The position numbers and the translations under genes are program-made. A stretch of 61,737 nt of DNA, the filler included, from a candidate division TA06 bacterium SM23_40 (lineage in GTDB: Bacteria > LJUI01 > SM1-40), in NCBI GenBank assembly GCA_001303705.1. It is 4 parts of 4 records of this genome, joined end to end, with 100 filler letters (N's around TTAATTAATTAA, not from the genome) between each part and the next. Parts side by side here need not be neighbours in the genome. Positions count along the whole stretch, not along the records: positions 41,547 to 51,605 come from LJUI01000089.1; positions 51,706 to 61,737 come from LJUI01000090.1; 2 more parts are not named here. One strand, written 5' to 3'. Under the pieces are notes generated by a model, which had not been told where the DNA came from, searched no databases, and was given only the letters and a program-made list of their open reading frames with translations. The number at the start of each line of letters is the position of its first letter. The first letter of the stretch is position 1. Shown in pieces: positions 50,423 through 61,640 of the stretch.

Positions 50423-50557
50423 GTGATAGGGATGGCCGCTCTACTCGTTGTGCTGGTGCTCGTCTGGGTCTTCGTCACAATGGGAGTCGTCCTGTCGGTC
50501 TGGTGGTGGCGGATCCGGCGAAGAGAGGGGAAGGGTGAGCGCTCCGATAAGTCCTGA
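50423..50557 (+). CDS. Small single-TM protein (44 aa, not in ORF track)
   Basis: GGGGAGG RBS, hydrophobic stretch then basic tail WWWRIRRREGK. Confidence 0.5.
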   Translation: MIGMAALLVVLVLVWVFVTMGVVLSVWWWRIRRREGKGERSDKS

Positions 50558-50878
50558 CTCTGGTTGCGGCAGCTTGGCGAGCCTGCAGGGTGGGACCGCT
50601 TTCCTGGAGCGGAAGGAAAAGATCACTGTCTGTAAAAACTGTCGGCCACCTGCGGATGTGCGCTGTGGCCGACATTGTTCGAACGTGACGCAGCAGGTAG
50701 AGGTGGCATCCTCTGTTTCTGAGACCTCCTGACGAAGGCGACTGTTGCCTGGGGGAGACTGACGGAAGCGACAGAAGGTTGTGTCCGTCTCAGTTAAGGC
50801 GAGGAATGGCTGCGGGCGGTGTCGGTGTGTCGGCGCCCAGATAGGCATGAAGATAGGAGTTGCTTGCCGGAGGCCTTG

Positions 50879-51605
50879 ATGCGCGACTGGACGAGCGGGA
50901 GTGTGGTTGGAAATGTATGGCATCTCGCATTGCCGATGATGCTGTCTAATTTCCTTCAGACGACGTACAACTTCGTCGACATGGTCTTCGTGGGGAGGCT
51001 CGGGCCTGAGGCCGTTGCGGCCGTCGCACTGGCCGGGACGCTCCTCATGGTCATCATCACTATCGCTGTCGGCCTGCAGATAGGCACGGCGGCAATGGTA
51101 GCGAGATTCGTGGGAGCGCGCGATGAGTCGAGCGCGGGCGATGTTGCCGTCCAGTCGCTCTTGCTCGGGATCGCGGGATCGGTAGGTCTTGTCTTCTTTG
51201 GCTGGTTCCTCGCCAGGCCCACGCTCATGCTCCTCGGCGGGAGAGGAGAGGTGCTCGAGCTGGCTACCGGATACCTTCGTGTCATGTTCAGCGGCTCGAT
51301 CGCCATCTTCTTACTCTTCCTATCGAGTGCAGTCCTCCAGGGGTCAGGGGATGCCCTGACCCCACTCAAGGCCCTTACTCTGTCGAACACCGCTAACGTC
51401 ATCCTCGACCCGTTGCTCATATTCGGCCCATGGATCTTCCCCGCGCTCGGAGTTCAGGGGGCGGCATATGCAACGGTGACCGCGCGCGGCCTGGGTGTGA
51501 TCTTCGTCCTGAGTGTTCTTCTCCGCGGTCGGTCTCGGGTGAGAGTGCGATGGAGGAAAGTGAGGCTCAATATCGGGATGATGTGGCGCGTCGTACGTAT
51601 CGCGG
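50879..51605 (+). CDS. MATE family efflux transporter, 3' truncated
   Basis: LALPMM, YNFVDMVFVGRLG, GDALTP, NVILDPLLIFG, GAAYAT. Confidence 0.9.
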
Positions 51606-51705
51606 NNNNNNNNNNNNNNNNNNNNNNNNNNNNNNNNNNNNNNNNNNNNTTAATTAATTAANNNNNNNNNNNNNNNNNNNNNNNNNNNNNNNNNNNNNNN
51701 NNNNN
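51606..51705. other. Artificial contig linker
   Basis: N run, TTAATTAATTAA, N run. Confidence 0.98.
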
Positions 51706-52043
51706 TCATTCCCCACCCGCGTCGGGTACCCGAGCGCTCCCTCGATGAGCGAGGCGAGCGGCACCTCGCCCCAGCCGGGCAGATTCGGCGGGATACGAAC
51801 GACGCCGCGACTCGGATCCACGAGTCCCGGCGCCCCAATGCCGATGGCCTCCACCTCTTCTCCGGAAGACGAGACTATGGTCCTCGCTGCCTCCACCAGA
51901 CGCGAGACAACTGCATCGACCCCATCTGCGGCGCCGGTACTGAGGCAGTGCCTCTGGCGCACTGATCCGCGTTCATCGACAAGCGCAGCCCGGATGTTGG
52001 TCCCGCCAAGATCGATTCCGATCACACATCGGCCAGGGCGCAA
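51706..52043 (-). CDS. ROK family sugar kinase, 3' truncated
   Basis: IGIDLGGT, IGIGAPG, PPNLPGW. Confidence 0.85.
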
Positions 52044-52177
52044 CAGATCCCTCCTGTCGAGGATGCGAGATGCCGGAGAAACGGCACAGCCACATGCCCC
52101 AGTGCACGTGCCCCGGTGCGCATGTGACCGGTGCGAACGCTGAGAACCTGCCGACTGTGCAATTCAGCCGGGTGGTG

Positions 52178-53503
52178 TCAACCTTTGGGCTCTCGATCGG
52201 CGGCGGTGAGGGAATAGACCTGTTCGATAAGACGCTCATCCGCCGCCCCCAGTGTTCGGTCCCGCCTTGCGCAGACCGTACGTGCGTTCTCAATGGCCTG
52301 GTCGAGCCGATGTTCCACGAACCCGTCCGGCGAATCCCACGAGAACGCGGGAACGAACTTCGGCGTCGGCCCACGCCCCCCCAGTATGTTGCAGAATGGC
52401 CCAATGACCGCGCCAGTATCGATCAACGTGCCGATCCCTGTCTTCGTATGGTCTCCGATGAAACATCCCACCTTGAGGAGGCCCGATTCGACTTCCTCGC
52501 CTCCGACCATGACACGCACTGATCGGTAGTTATTCTTCAGATCTGAGTTCGTCGTCAGTGCTCCGAGATTCGTCCACGAACAGACGTACGCGTGACCGAT
52601 GAATCCCTCATGATGCTTGTTCACATGGGAAAGAAAGATAGACTGCTCAACTTCTCCTGCGACGCGACAACAGTCGCCGATGCTCGTGCCCGGCCGGATC
52701 TTCGCTCCATCGACCACCACACTGTCGCCGATGAAGCAGGGACCGGAGATGATTGTGGGAGGTCTTATGACTGTCCACTCTCCAATCAGGACCGGCCCAT
52801 CTGTGAGATCGATGACGACAGAGGGATCGACCCTCGCACTCCCCGCGATCTCGAGGCGCGCCCCGCCGGCCGAGAAGGCGGTGCCGGTCTCACCTTCCTC
52901 CCCGAGGACCACGACCCCCGGGGGGGCGCTGGCCAGCCCGGGCCGCTCCAGGAGCTGAGCGTCACGTGCAATCAGGCACGGGTTGGCCTCGATCAGATCC
53001 CAGGGGTAGGTGGCGAGCAGCGCTTCCCCCGGGCCGAGCGACGCAAACGCCTCCCGCGCCGGGAAGGTCCCCCGGATCTCCTCGAGAACGGCCTTCGAGA
53101 CCGGGGCCGCGAGACGGTCTCTCCAGGCGCGGAGCGACTCCCCCGTGAGCCGAAAGCCGACTACCTGTCCGCGGCAGAGAAAGACCTCATCATCTCCCTC
53201 CAGCGGAAGATCTCCTCTCTCCACATCGAGTAGCCTGCCGCTGAGAAAGAGAGCTGATCCCTCGATCGCACGCAGGTCATTGCATGAGGTGGCTGGCACT
53301 GAGTCCCGTGTGCTCTCCACAAGGTAGTCGCGCACGAGCAGGTGGAGTTCCGCCTCGGGAAATGTGACCCGGACTCGCTCGCTCAATGTCGCCGCCCCGC
53401 ACAAGAGCTCGAACACAGGGCGGAAGTAGACCAGAGGAAGTAACTTCTCGAACCCCTCGTCCTCATACAGACAGAGATGCTCCACACTCATCTCCTCTCT
53501 CAC
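52178..53503 (-). CDS. GlmU-related putative sugar nucleotidyl/acyl transferase
   Basis: LLPLVYFRPVFELLCG, hexapeptide repeats, NKHHEGFIGH, NSDLKNNY, GDHTKTGI. Confidence 0.8.
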   Translation of the reverse strand: MREEMSVEHLCLYEDEGFEKLLPLVYFRPVFELLCGAATLSERVRVTFPEAELHLLVRDYLVESTRDSVPATSCNDLRAIEGSALFLSGRLLDVERGDLPLEGDDEVFLCRGQVVGFRLTGESLRAWRDRLAAPVSKAVLEEIRGTFPAREAFASLGPGEALLATYPWDLIEANPCLIARDAQLLERPGLASAPPGVVVLGEEGETGTAFSAGGARLEIAGSARVDPSVVIDLTDGPVLIGEWTVIRPPTIISGPCFIGDSVVVDGAKIRPGTSIGDCCRVAGEVEQSIFLSHVNKHHEGFIGHAYVCSWTNLGALTTNSDLKNNYRSVRVMVGGEEVESGLLKVGCFIGDHTKTGIGTLIDTGAVIGPFCNILGGRGPTPKFVPAFSWDSPDGFVEHRLDQAIENARTVCARRDRTLGAADERLIEQVYSLTAADREPKG

Positions 53504-56103
53504 CAGCTCAGTCGAAGACCCGAGGCCACCTGGCGCGGTGGTCCCACTCTCGTCGGATCGCCGCGCCGGACGTTGGCTTTCTGGACATTTTCCTTATTTA
53601 GCAGGTTCTCGGCCTCCACGAATAGCGAGAGAATCATATTGTTGAACCGGAAATCCTTGTTCGCCCTGACGTCGAGCGTGCTCGTCCAGGGCAGGGTCAC
53701 CGAGTTCTTGGCTACCTGACCCTTGCTCTGCGCGGCGGTCTCAGGTGTATACGGCACTCCGCTCCCGAACCGCCACTTGACATTGATCCCCCAATCTGCC
53801 GGAAGGAGTACCGGGCCGATGCGCGGAGCATCCTCTCCCACGCGGAGGTCAGCCACCATATAGATGGCGTGCCGCTGATCCCAGTCGAGGGGGTACAGCC
53901 TGAGTGCCTCGCCGAGTTCGTATTGCTCGAAGCTCTCCTTGTCGCGGGAGGTCTTCCCCTCGGCCTTAGAGAGGGTGTAGCTTGCGCTCCCCGTCAGGTA
54001 CCGACCGTAGCGCTTCTCGATCTCCGCCTCGAGGCCGGTCACTTCGCCATACGAGGAGTTCGTGAGTTGCCACTTCTCGAACGTAGCAACCCCCACCCGC
54101 GACTTCTCGGCATCGACAAGATCCTTGATATCCTTGCGGAAGAGAGAGACCTCTGCGACGATGTCGCTCGTCACGATGTGTGAGACGCGGACCTCGTAGG
54201 CGACGGTCAACTGGGGATCGAGACCAGGGTTGCCGATGAGCGATTCCTGCCCGCGAAATTCCTCGGTCAGATAGACGTACTGGAGCTCGGGCATCTGGTA
54301 GAAGTGACCATATGACATGAAGATGACGTCTCGATCCGTCACGGGGTAGGAGAGCCCGATGCGCGGGCTCACATATCCTTTGACGCGCGTGATCGAATCG
54401 GCCACCTGTTCCCCGGGCATGAAATAGTCATACCGAAGGCCGAGATTGGCGATCAATCCTTCCGTCTCGAGTTTGTCCTGGACGTAGATAGCGCCGGAGG
54501 TGGGGTAGACGTGGTACACATCCCGACCCCAGCCCCAACCCGGCCATGGCCCCAGCTCGTCGTCGAAGGGGCTGAAGACCTGTATCCCGGGATCGAGCAG
54601 CTCCACCTTCTCCAGATCGTAGTAGTGAAGATCGAGGCCGGCCTTCGCCTGATGCTGTTGATGGACTTGGGCCGTGATGTCCCACTTCATGGAGTGTATT
54701 TTCGTCCGATGCGAGTGCCACAACGAGTCGAACCCGAACTCATAGAACCCGTCGCCGTCAATATCGTACCCACGCTCCCAGTAGGCAGGCGGATCTGGGC
54801 CTACGAGCGATTCCTCGACCGCCAACAGTGCCCCCAGCTGCGGCGGGGTCTTCCCTCCTGGTGCGAAATCCTGACGCGTGTCGAAGGATCCGAGGCGCAA
54901 GCTGAAGAATGCCCACCCGGATAGCGACTGGTCCCATGCCAGGCTCCATGCATCTTCTCGCTCGCGATAGTCCTGACCACGAAATGGCTCCTCGAGCCAT
55001 TCGTGGCGATAGCGCTGGTACCGGCTCCTGTCGAGACGATAGCCGAGCGTGAACCGCGACCCCACGTTGCGCCGATGGGAAAGCTTAGCTGAGAATCCGT
55101 AGTCGTTCTCCTGGCGGTCGTGAAGAGAGAATCCGAGCACGTCATGTGCGGGGTGCTCCCTGCCGAGAGGCGTATAGGTGTCTGAGAAATCACCGTATCC
55201 CGAGACGTAGAATCGCGTCTTCCCACCCGGCCGCACCCCGATGGCCGGGAGCAGATAGCCGGTCAACGGCTCAGGCCCCGCCAGATTGAACGCAACATAG
55301 TCGCGCTTGGCCCCTGCGATATCGCCGGGCGCGATCTTGTCGGACTTGTACAGTAGCTCCCCCGTCTCCTGCGAGAATCCACCCTTGGTGATCACATTCA
55401 CCACGCCGGACTGGGCCTCACCGTATTCGGCGTTGAACCCCCCCGTGATGATCTCAACCTCCTCCACCTCCCCGACCGGGATCTCGAGTTGCGTGCCGCC
55501 GCCTACGAGTTTGTCGTTGACGGGGAGGCCGTCGATGACATAGAGGATCTCGTCTCCCCTCCCACCGCGCAAGTGGATCTCATCTGATCGCACGTCGCGC
55601 ACGACACTCGGCTCGAGCTCCAATACCTCGCTCAGACTCTCCGTGCCGGCTGTCTTCGCTACCTCCGCGCCGCTCATGATCCGTGCAGTGTACGTCACAT
55701 CGCGCCTGATGAGCGGGCGCTCGGCGACGACTTCGATCCCCGATCCCAACTCGATCGCGGTCTGAGTGAGTGCGACATCGACACGGCTGGTCAGGTCCGC
55801 ACTCACCTGCACGTCCGCGACGATAGGCGATCCGTAGCCTATCACCGAGACCTGTAATGAGTAGATACCGATCGGGACATTGACGATATTGTAGTATCCC
55901 TTGTCGTCGGCCGCGGCGCCGAGGGTAGTGCCTACCACCATCACCTGAGCTATCGGCAACGCCTCTCCTGTCTCAGCATCGGTGATGCGACCGGCGATCT
56001 TCCCTGTCGTCCCACCCTCCACCTCCATCACTACCATCATCGATAGGAGCGAGACGATAATCCATAGTACGGTACACCGCTTCATTGCATTCTCCTTGCT
56101 CAC
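53500..56103 (-). CDS. TonB-dependent receptor
   Basis: GTTGKIAG, HLRGGR, TGGFNAEYG..SGVVN, NLGLRYD, C-terminal LRLSW. Confidence 0.9.
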   Translation of the reverse strand: MSKENAMKRCTVLWIIVSLLSMMVVMEVEGGTTGKIAGRITDAETGEALPIAQVMVVGTTLGAAADDKGYYNIVNVPIGIYSLQVSVIGYGSPIVADVQVSADLTSRVDVALTQTAIELGSGIEVVAERPLIRRDVTYTARIMSGAEVAKTAGTESLSEVLELEPSVVRDVRSDEIHLRGGRGDEILYVIDGLPVNDKLVGGGTQLEIPVGEVEEVEIITGGFNAEYGEAQSGVVNVITKGGFSQETGELLYKSDKIAPGDIAGAKRDYVAFNLAGPEPLTGYLLPAIGVRPGGKTRFYVSGYGDFSDTYTPLGREHPAHDVLGFSLHDRQENDYGFSAKLSHRRNVGSRFTLGYRLDRSRYQRYRHEWLEEPFRGQDYREREDAWSLAWDQSLSGWAFFSLRLGSFDTRQDFAPGGKTPPQLGALLAVEESLVGPDPPAYWERGYDIDGDGFYEFGFDSLWHSHRTKIHSMKWDITAQVHQQHQAKAGLDLHYYDLEKVELLDPGIQVFSPFDDELGPWPGWGWGRDVYHVYPTSGAIYVQDKLETEGLIANLGLRYDYFMPGEQVADSITRVKGYVSPRIGLSYPVTDRDVIFMSYGHFYQMPELQYVYLTEEFRGQESLIGNPGLDPQLTVAYEVRVSHIVTSDIVAEVSLFRKDIKDLVDAEKSRVGVATFEKWQLTNSSYGEVTGLEAEIEKRYGRYLTGSASYTLSKAEGKTSRDKESFEQYELGEALRLYPLDWDQRHAIYMVADLRVGEDAPRIGPVLLPADWGINVKWRFGSGVPYTPETAAQSKGQVAKNSVTLPWTSTLDVRANKDFRFNNMILSLFVEAENLLNKENVQKANVRRGDPTRVGPPRQVASGLRLSW

Positions 56104-56279
56104 ATTGACTCAGCCCACACCACCACTCCCGGACTACGGCTCCTACTACACCTCCTATTACTACACATTACCGACTCGCGGCGCAACCAAATACTGTTCT
56201 TCCATCACCCTCCGGATAGGGACCGGCGGCCCCCTGCCTGGGCAGCATGGTCCTATCCACAATAGCATCGACAGACCGA

Positions 56280-57587
56280 TCATGCCGCCCGGGAAGACGG
56301 TGAGCGCAGGAGGATGTCGGCGAGCGCTCCCGCGTACATAGCGATCCACGGAATCATGGGAAAATGGAACCGACTGCCCCCGAATGTCGCCAATACAACG
56401 ACCGTGAAGTATATCACAATCCACAATCCAAGTGTGGGGAATGATGCGAGCTTCGTGGACCGCCGAAATCTCAATAACGAGATGGATAGCAGGAACGCCG
56501 ATCCCACGGCCAGGTAATAAACGTGAGCAATCGCCTTCAGCACCCAGAACACGACCCGGCTCAGTCCTCCGGGAGAGCCCAGGCCGGCCTCATTCCAACT
56601 GATACCCTCCACATCGGAAGCGTAGAGGAACCAGAGTTTGGCGGGCCACAGCTTGATCGTGCGGACCGGATGCGCGGCGGCGTACCGGACGGCGAGCGTG
56701 CGCGCCAGCACATCCCGCTCGCGCTCGGTCTGTGCATCCTCAAGCATTGCGTCCATCTCGTCACTGAAGACGTACCGGCCATTGGCACAGGGGTTATTGC
56801 CGATCAGGAGATTGATCCCCCCATTGTTCGATACGTACACGAAATCGTCGAACAGACGATAGTTCCTCACGGTCCATGGCAGCAAAGTAATCGCCAGTAC
56901 GATGTAGAGTCCAGCGAACGAGACCAGACGTCTACGCAGTCCTCTGCTCCTGACGCACCTCATCGTCCCACTCCCGGCTACGACCATCGGCACAAGGATG
57001 GTCTGTGGCTTGACCAGGCACGCGAGCCCAAAGACAATCCCGGACACCGGCACCAGCCAAGCCTTCCGGCCACTCGAGATGAGGAGTAGCACCCCCAGCA
57101 ACAACAGGAAGACGAAGATGATCTCCGACCCCACAAGCGAACAGTAGGCGATGTGGTTCGGATAGAACGACAGAATCAGGAGAGTAGCTCTTCCCGCCAG
57201 TTCCGACCGGAAGAGCTTCTTCGCCATGTAGTATGAGAGAAGCAACACCCCCATCGAGACGATGACGTTCGCCGCCTTCGGCACCAGAAGAGATGTCCCG
57301 AATACCCGCAGGAGCAGCCCGAGAAAGGCAGGATATCCTACAGGCCAGTAGGCGGTCGGGATGCCGTCGACCGAATATCCTTTCCCCGCAGAAAGATCGA
57401 TGCCGCGCTCGTAGTACCAGCCGAAGTCGCTCACCGGTGCGGCATCGACACAGCGTATCCAGCAGACCCTCACCACGAAGGCGGCCACCAAACAGAGCGG
57501 CACGAAGTACCTGGCCCCCATTATTTCAGACAGTCGAGATCTCGGAGGTTCGATCTGGTTCATCACGCGATACGTGCGCTCCTCCAT
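56280..57587 (-). CDS. GT-C/ArnT-like membrane glycosyltransferase
   Basis: Polytopic; SDFGWY, TAYWPVGYP, PWTVRNY, SNNGGINL, RFHFP. Confidence 0.75.
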   Translation of the reverse strand: MEERTYRVMNQIEPPRSRLSEIMGARYFVPLCLVAAFVVRVCWIRCVDAAPVSDFGWYYERGIDLSAGKGYSVDGIPTAYWPVGYPAFLGLLLRVFGTSLLVPKAANVIVSMGVLLLSYYMAKKLFRSELAGRATLLILSFYPNHIAYCSLVGSEIIFVFLLLLGVLLLISSGRKAWLVPVSGIVFGLACLVKPQTILVPMVVAGSGTMRCVRSRGLRRRLVSFAGLYIVLAITLLPWTVRNYRLFDDFVYVSNNGGINLLIGNNPCANGRYVFSDEMDAMLEDAQTERERDVLARTLAVRYAAAHPVRTIKLWPAKLWFLYASDVEGISWNEAGLGSPGGLSRVVFWVLKAIAHVYYLAVGSAFLLSISLLRFRRSTKLASFPTLGLWIVIYFTVVVLATFGGSRFHFPMIPWIAMYAGALADILLRSPSSRAA

Positions 57588-57719
57588 CCCTCTCTGGTGA
57601 GTGAATCCCGGCGGGTACTACCGTGCCGGAGGGGGGAAGAAGAAAACGCCCTGCCCGAGGCCGGGGGAGCGCACACCGACCATAGCAGGGAAAGAGTTTA
57701 TCGTGCGGGGAGAGATCCA

Positions 57720-59045
57720 TCATGGATAGACGGTATCGAGAAGGCGGGGGAACGGTATCGTCTCCCGCAGATGGGGAAGGTTGCAGATCCAGGCCAGCGT
57801 TCGCTCCAACCCCAACCCGAACCCGGCATGCGGAACGGAGCCGTACCGGCGCAGATCGAGATACCACTCGAAGGCCTCTCTGGGCAGGCCGTGCTCCGCA
57901 ATGCGCCGCTCGAGGTTTTCCAGGTTGTCCTCACGCTGCCCCCCGCCGATGATCTCGCCGTACCCCTCCGGCGCGAGCGTATCGAACCCACGACAGTGCT
58001 TGGACGTCTCCTCATCCCGCTTCATGTAGAACGCCTTGCACCCAACCGGGAAATGATGTACGTGGAACGGCTGGTCATATTGATTAGATAGGAGCGTCTC
58101 ATCAGGAGCCCCGAAATCGCTCCCCCAGGTGAACTCCGACCCCTCTTCTTGAAGACGCTTAACGGCATCATCGTAGGAGATCCTCGGGAATGGGGCGCGT
58201 ACCCGCTCCAGCGGTGCCGTGTCCCGCTCCAGGATATCGAGTTCCTCACGCCGCTTCTCGAGAATCCGCTCCACGACGTAGACGACCAACTCCTCAGCCA
58301 ACCTCATATCCCCTTCCAGATCACAGTAGGCCACCTCCGGCTCGATCATCCAGAACTCGGTGAGATGCCGACGCGTCTTCGACTTCTCGGCGCGGAACGT
58401 AGGACCGAAGCAGTAGACCTTCCCCAGTGCCATACAGGCAGCTTCCATATACAGCTGGCCGCTCTGAGTGAGAAAGGCCGTGTCGTTGAAATAGCCGACT
58501 TCGAAAAGAGTGGTCGTACCCTCGACCGCCGCCGGGGTGAAGATCGGCGCATCGATAAGGACGAATCCCCTATCGTCGAAGAAATCCCGGCAGGCGCGGA
58601 CCAGCTCGGCGCGCACCTTGAGAATGGCCAGCTGGCGCCTGGACCGGAGCCACAGGTGGCGATGCGCCATGAGAAAAGCAACACCGTGTTCTTTCGGCGA
58701 GATCGGATAATCGGAGACGCTCTGAACGACCTCGAGCGAGGAGAGGACGAGTTCGTACCCGCCCGGAGCACGTGCATCGGCACGGACGACTCCGGAGACC
58801 ACGATCGACGACTCCTGTCCCAGGCTGTCAGCGAGCTCGAAAACCTCCGGCGACACTTCCCCTTTGCCGACTACAGCCTGAATGGTGCCGGTGCCATCGC
58901 GCACGAGCATGAAGTGGACCTTGCCGCTCGATCGCCTGTTATACAGCCATCCCTTGATCCTGATCTCCTCTCCCACGTGTTGACTGACGTCCGCGATCTC
59001 GATGTCGGTCAAGCCAGTCTCTCCTTCCACATATGGCGATGCCAC
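57720..59045 (-). CDS. asnS: Asparagine--tRNA ligase
   Basis: [37 protein letters not shown]. Confidence 0.93.
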   Translation of the reverse strand: MASPYVEGETGLTDIEIADVSQHVGEEIRIKGWLYNRRSSGKVHFMLVRDGTGTIQAVVGKGEVSPEVFELADSLGQESSIVVSGVVRADARAPGGYELVLSSLEVVQSVSDYPISPKEHGVAFLMAHRHLWLRSRRQLAILKVRAELVRACRDFFDDRGFVLIDAPIFTPAAVEGTTTLFEVGYFNDTAFLTQSGQLYMEAACMALGKVYCFGPTFRAEKSKTRRHLTEFWMIEPEVAYCDLEGDMRLAEELVVYVVERILEKRREELDILERDTAPLERVRAPFPRISYDDAVKRLQEEGSEFTWGSDFGAPDETLLSNQYDQPFHVHHFPVGCKAFYMKRDEETSKHCRGFDTLAPEGYGEIIGGGQREDNLENLERRIAEHGLPREAFEWYLDLRRYGSVPHAGFGLGLERTLAWICNLPHLRETIPFPRLLDTVYP

Positions 59046-59171
59046 GTATAAAGGATATACGCGACCATTCGCACGTGAGTCAATCTTGCTCGACCGCCCC
59101 AGCGCGCTGCGCGATGGGGCGACACCACAACGATCTCCTGCGATCTGCGTATCGGATCAGATCGGCAGAGA

Positions 59172-61139
59172 CTATCGATCGACGAACGAGGCGATCTTTC
59201 TGCCGCCCCTCTTCTGAGCCGCAGGCCGGTCTGCCCCGACCCGCCGTCCGGCCTCTTTCCCCCTCTCCTGGGCAAACCGCAGAACCCGATCCGCGATCTG
59301 CTCCGGGGTAAGACCGCAATGCTCGAGGAGCTTGCTCCGCGCCCCATGTTCGATGAACTCGTCTGGCAGGCCGATCGTATCGATCCGAGCCCGGGAGTGT
59401 CCGATCGCGGCAGCATATTCCAGAACCGCGGAGCCGAACCCGCCGGGTCGTACATTCTCCTCCAGTGTCACGAGACACGGCACATTCTCAAGAAGGTCTC
59501 CGATGAGGCAGGTGTCGATAGGCTTAACGAACCGAGCGTTGACGACTCCTGCCTCGATGCCGCGCTTAGCGAGGAGGTCCGCTGTCTGCAACGCGGGGTG
59601 GACCATCGCCCCGACAGCCAGGATCGCGACGTCCTTCCCCTGGCGCAGCGTCTCTGCCTTTCCCATTCGTATCTTGCGGATCCGGTACTCCAGCGGCACA
59701 CCCACTCCTCGGCCGCGCGGATACCGGATCGCGACCGGTCCCTTCCCGTAGCAGATGGCCGTCTTCAGCATACGACGCAGCTCATTCTCATCCTTGGGAG
59801 CCATCACGACGATATTGGGAATAAGACGCAGATAGGAGAGGTCGAATGTGCCATGATGTGTAGGACCATCTTCTCCCACAAGTCCTCCCCGGTCCATTGC
59901 GAAGACGACGGGCAGCTGCTGAAGGGCGACATCGTGAATCACCTGGTCGAACGCCCGCTGGAGGAAGGTCGAATAGATGGCAGCCACCGGTCTCAGCCCC
60001 CGGAGCGCGAGGCCGGCCGCGAATGTGACCGCATGCTGCTCGGCAATCCCGACATCATGGAACCGCCGCGGGAAGCGCTTGGCGAATTCCGTTAGCCCGG
60101 TTCCTTCGGCCATAGCTGCCGTAATGGCGACAATCCGCTCGTCTTCGGCAGCGAGCTGAATAAGCGTCTTGCCGAACACCTCGGTGTAGGTCGGCGCTCC
60201 TTTGGTCTTGATGGGCGTACCTGTGTCGACATCGAACGGCCCCAGTCCGTGGAATCGCGGCAGATTCTCCTCGGCCGGCCGATACCCCTTTCCTTTCTCC
60301 GTGAGGAGATGGACGAGAATGGGGCCGCGCAGACGTTTTGCCGCGCGAAGGGTCTTCGCCATCTCATCGATGTTGTGGCCGTCGATCGGGCCTATGTAGC
60401 GAAGCCCGAGTTCCTCGAACAAGATGCCGGGAAGAACAAGATTCTTCAGTCCCTCTTCAATGCGCTTCGCGAGGACTTTGGCGCGCCCCTCCAGTGAACG
60501 GGGGAGCTTTCCCATAAGCTCCCACACGTCCTTTCGAAACTCATTGTAGATCGGTGCCGTGATCAGCGTTGTCAGGTAGTGCGAAAGGGCGCCGACATTC
60601 TTGGAGATAGACATCCTGTTGTCATTGAGGACAATGACCATATTCTTCTTGAGGTGTCCAACTTGGTTCAACGCCTCGAAGGCGATGCCCGCCCCCAGCG
60701 CCCCATCCCCGATCACTGCAACAACTGAGAAGTCCTCCTTAGCGTTATCGCGTGCACAGGCGATCCCGAGCGCGGCCGAGATCGATGTGCCAGCATGGCC
60801 TACGTTGAAGACATCATATTCGCTCTCTTGCCGGCGAGGGAATCCGCTGAGCCCCCCGTGCCGACGCAATGTATGGAACCGCTTGCGACGACCGGTCAGG
60901 AGCTTGTGAGCATACGCCTGGTGTCCCACATCCCAGACGATTCGATCCTCCGGCGCGTCGAACGCGAGGTGGAGCGCAATAGTGAGTTCGACGACACCGA
61001 GGTTCGGCGCCAGATGTCCGCCGTTTCTCGCCACTACGTCGATGATCCGCGATCGGATCTCGGCGGCCAGTTTCGGAAGATCACTCTTCGGAATCGTCTT
61101 CAGGTCTGAGGGAGAGTCTATGAGGTCAAGCAAGGCCAA
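59172..61139 (-). CDS. dxs: 1-deoxy-D-xylulose-5-phosphate synthase
   Basis: GGHLAPNLG, WDVGHQAY.HK, GIAEQHA, YSTFLQR, DGPTH. Confidence 0.96.
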   Translation of the reverse strand: MALLDLIDSPSDLKTIPKSDLPKLAAEIRSRIIDVVARNGGHLAPNLGVVELTIALHLAFDAPEDRIVWDVGHQAYAHKLLTGRRKRFHTLRRHGGLSGFPRRQESEYDVFNVGHAGTSISAALGIACARDNAKEDFSVVAVIGDGALGAGIAFEALNQVGHLKKNMVIVLNDNRMSISKNVGALSHYLTTLITAPIYNEFRKDVWELMGKLPRSLEGRAKVLAKRIEEGLKNLVLPGILFEELGLRYIGPIDGHNIDEMAKTLRAAKRLRGPILVHLLTEKGKGYRPAEENLPRFHGLGPFDVDTGTPIKTKGAPTYTEVFGKTLIQLAAEDERIVAITAAMAEGTGLTEFAKRFPRRFHDVGIAEQHAVTFAAGLALRGLRPVAAIYSTFLQRAFDQVIHDVALQQLPVVFAMDRGGLVGEDGPTHHGTFDLSYLRLIPNIVVMAPKDENELRRMLKTAICYGKGPVAIRYPRGRGVGVPLEYRIRKIRMGKAETLRQGKDVAILAVGAMVHPALQTADLLAKRGIEAGVVNARFVKPIDTCLIGDLLENVPCLVTLEENVRPGGFGSAVLEYAAAIGHSRARIDTIGLPDEFIEHGARSKLLEHCGLTPEQIADRVLRFAQERGKEAGRRVGADRPAAQKRGGRKIASFVDR

Positions 61140-61153
61140 TGGTATCTCCTCCT

Positions 61154-61606
61154 TTACGTCCCCGGATACATCGCGAGGGCGAAAACGATCCCCAGGATCG
61201 CGCCGGCGATAACCTCGATCGGCGTGTGACCGATGAGCTCTCTCAGGTTCCGCTCAGGGATCCTCTTCGTCGCATAGAAGTCATCGAGAATACGGTTGAG
61301 AAGTTCAGCCTGCCTGCCTACCGATCCCCGCAGGCCAGCGGCATCGTACATCACCATTAGACTGAGCACAAGGGTGACGGCAAACAGAGCGGAACTGAAT
61401 CCACTCTCCAACCCCACGGTCACCGCGAGAGCGGCAACGGCTGCGGAGTGAGCACTCGGCATGCCGCCCATTTCCACGAACTGCTTGAAGTTGATGCGGC
61501 GCTCTCGCAGGTACGTCCCCACGACCTTAATGCACTGAGCCGTCAATCCACAGGCGATGCAGACCCAGAAGATGCGGTTGGCGAGAAACACGCCGCTTCC
61601 GCCCAT
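61154..61606 (-). CDS. Divergent PAP2 family (DUF212) protein
   Basis: GGMPSAHSA, VMYDAAGLR, LRELIGHTP.EV. Confidence 0.88.
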   Translation of the reverse strand: MGGSGVFLANRIFWVCIACGLTAQCIKVVGTYLRERRINFKQFVEMGGMPSAHSAAVAALAVTVGLESGFSSALFAVTLVLSLMVMYDAAGLRGSVGRQAELLNRILDDFYATKRIPERNLRELIGHTPIEVIAGAILGIVFALAMYPGT

Positions 61607-61640
61607 TGAGGAGATCCTCTTCCCCGGCTGCCCCGGCCTG

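Noticed and set aside
50405-50425. GGTTCGATTCC resembling a tRNA T-loop
   Set aside because: No T-stem or cloverleaf; it overlaps an RBS region.
31277-51705. Three TTAATTAATTAA motifs flanked by Ns
   Set aside because: Artificial contig linkers; gene truncations and neighbourhoods across them are artefacts, not pseudogenes.
23827-59045. Co-occurrence of asnS and gatCAB
   Set aside because: Common; GatCAB can still serve Gln-tRNA formation.
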